Source: a virus (taxonomy: Duplodnaviria > Caudoviricetes). From it: 34,281 nt of DNA. How positions within the stretch are numbered: position 1 is the first letter of the stretch; every line of letters begins with the position of its first letter. Location of the stretch: positions 1 to 34,281 of the IMG/VR virus record IMGVR_UViG_3300035524_000037; one strand, written 5' to 3'. The position numbers were made by a program, and so were the translations under genes. Of the stretch, positions 33,616-34,281 are shown piece after piece. The notes under the pieces were generated by a model. The model ran no database searches, was not told where the DNA came from, and saw nothing but the letters and a program-made list of their open reading frames with translations.

Positions 33616-34281
33616 TCATCAATGTCAACCGCACCTGCCCCGATTCCGGGAGCTACCGCTCCGCCCTGGTCAAATCCCTGTTCAACGTCGAGGACGCAAC
33701 CACCTTCCGCCTTCAGGCGGACCTGCCCATTGAGGGCCGCCCCTGGTCCATAGGGCTCGTCACCGGCCCCTCCGGCTCCGGCAAATCCTCCATCGGCGAG
33801 GAGCTGACCAAGGCCGGTTTCACCTTCCATGAGCCGGGCGGCTGGCCGCACAACGCGCCCATAGTGGACGCCATAGCCCCGGACGGGGACTGGCGGGCCG
33901 TCACCGGGGCACTCGCCGCCGTCGGGCTCGGCACGGTTCCAAGCTGGCTCCGTCCCCACCACGTGCTCTCCACGGGGGAGAAGTTCCGCGCCGAGCTAGC
34001 CAGGATAGTGAGCGAGGCCCCCGAGCGGATCGTCGTGGACGAATTCACCAGCGTGGTGGATCGCCAGATCGCGAAAATCGGTGCGCTGGCGTTCGCCAAG
34101 GCCTGGCGGCGCACACAGGGCCAGGCCGTGCTGCTCTCCTGCCATTACGACATCGTCGAGTGGCTGCAGCCGGACTGGACCTTTGACACCGGCAGCGGCG
34201 TCTTCCAATGGGGGGCGGTTCCACCCCGCCCCGGCATCGAGCTGGAAATCAGGCAAACGGGATGGGAATATTGGCCCCATT
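33612..34281 (+). CDS. soluble ABC-type ATPase, probably fused to a downstream acetyltransferase-like domain (partial)
   Basis: Walker A GPSGSGKS, signature LSTGEK, Walker B VVDEFTS, H-loop LSCH; frame open to the window end (RPGIELEIRQTGWEYWPH). Confidence 0.88.
   Translation, partial: MIINVNRTCPDSGSYRSALVKSLFNVEDATTFRLQADLPIEGRPWSIGLVTGPSGSGKSSIGEELTKAGFTFHEPGGWPHNAPIVDAIAPDGDWRAVTGALAAVGLGTVPSWLRPHHVLSTGEKFRAELARIVSEAPERIVVDEFTSVVDRQIAKIGALAFAKAWRRTQGQAVLLSCHYDIVEWLQPDWTFDTGSGVFQWGAVPPRPGIELEIRQTGWEYWPH

Larger units (their letters stand above)
383..34281. mobile_element. Mu-like transposable prophage with contractile tail (ends not located; continues past the right edge)
   Basis: Mu-type gene order: repressor, transposase A, ATPase B, gam, gemA, lysis, terminase, DUF935 portal, MuF, protease, capsid, gp36-like, tail, com. 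Confidence 0.97.

Noticed and set aside
33612-34281. ABC transporter annotation implying host DNA past the prophage end
   Set aside because: Translationally coupled to the com operon, no membrane subunit seen, and frame extends beyond the ATPase domain
1-34281. tRNA, rRNA, integrase or att sites
   Set aside because: None recognised; transposable phages do not need an integrase

Overview
The window is almost entirely one Mu-like (transposable) prophage with a contractile tail. Its GC-rich composition and protein content suggest a Desulfovibrionales-type host (inference). Gene order: XRE repressor (minus strand); early operon (CII-like and Ner-like HTH proteins, Mu A-type DDE transposase, Mu B-type ATPase, Gam, HU, GemA, zinc/HTH regulators); lysis genes (DUF5675-like, holin); terminase; DUF935 portal; MuF head protein with a C-terminal nuclease-like (PBECR2-type) extension; protease/scaffold; decoration protein; capsid; sheath, tube, chaperone with a -1 frameshift; tape measure; baseplate; fibres; then com and an ABC-ATPase gene in the position of Mu mom, cut off by the window edge. 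Neither prophage end could be identified. Three AT-rich antisense morons interrupt the operons. The most notable non-coding signals are: (1) a compact antisense sRNA with its own sigma70 promoter, terminator and possible kissing loop, directly behind the MuF-nuclease gene, which has no immunity ORF (candidate RNA antitoxin system); (2) a complete type II hammerhead ribozyme in the early operon; (3) Com-type RNA target repeats controlling a non-Mom small-ORF/ABC-ATPase module. All family assignments come from motif recognition by eye; no database search was run.
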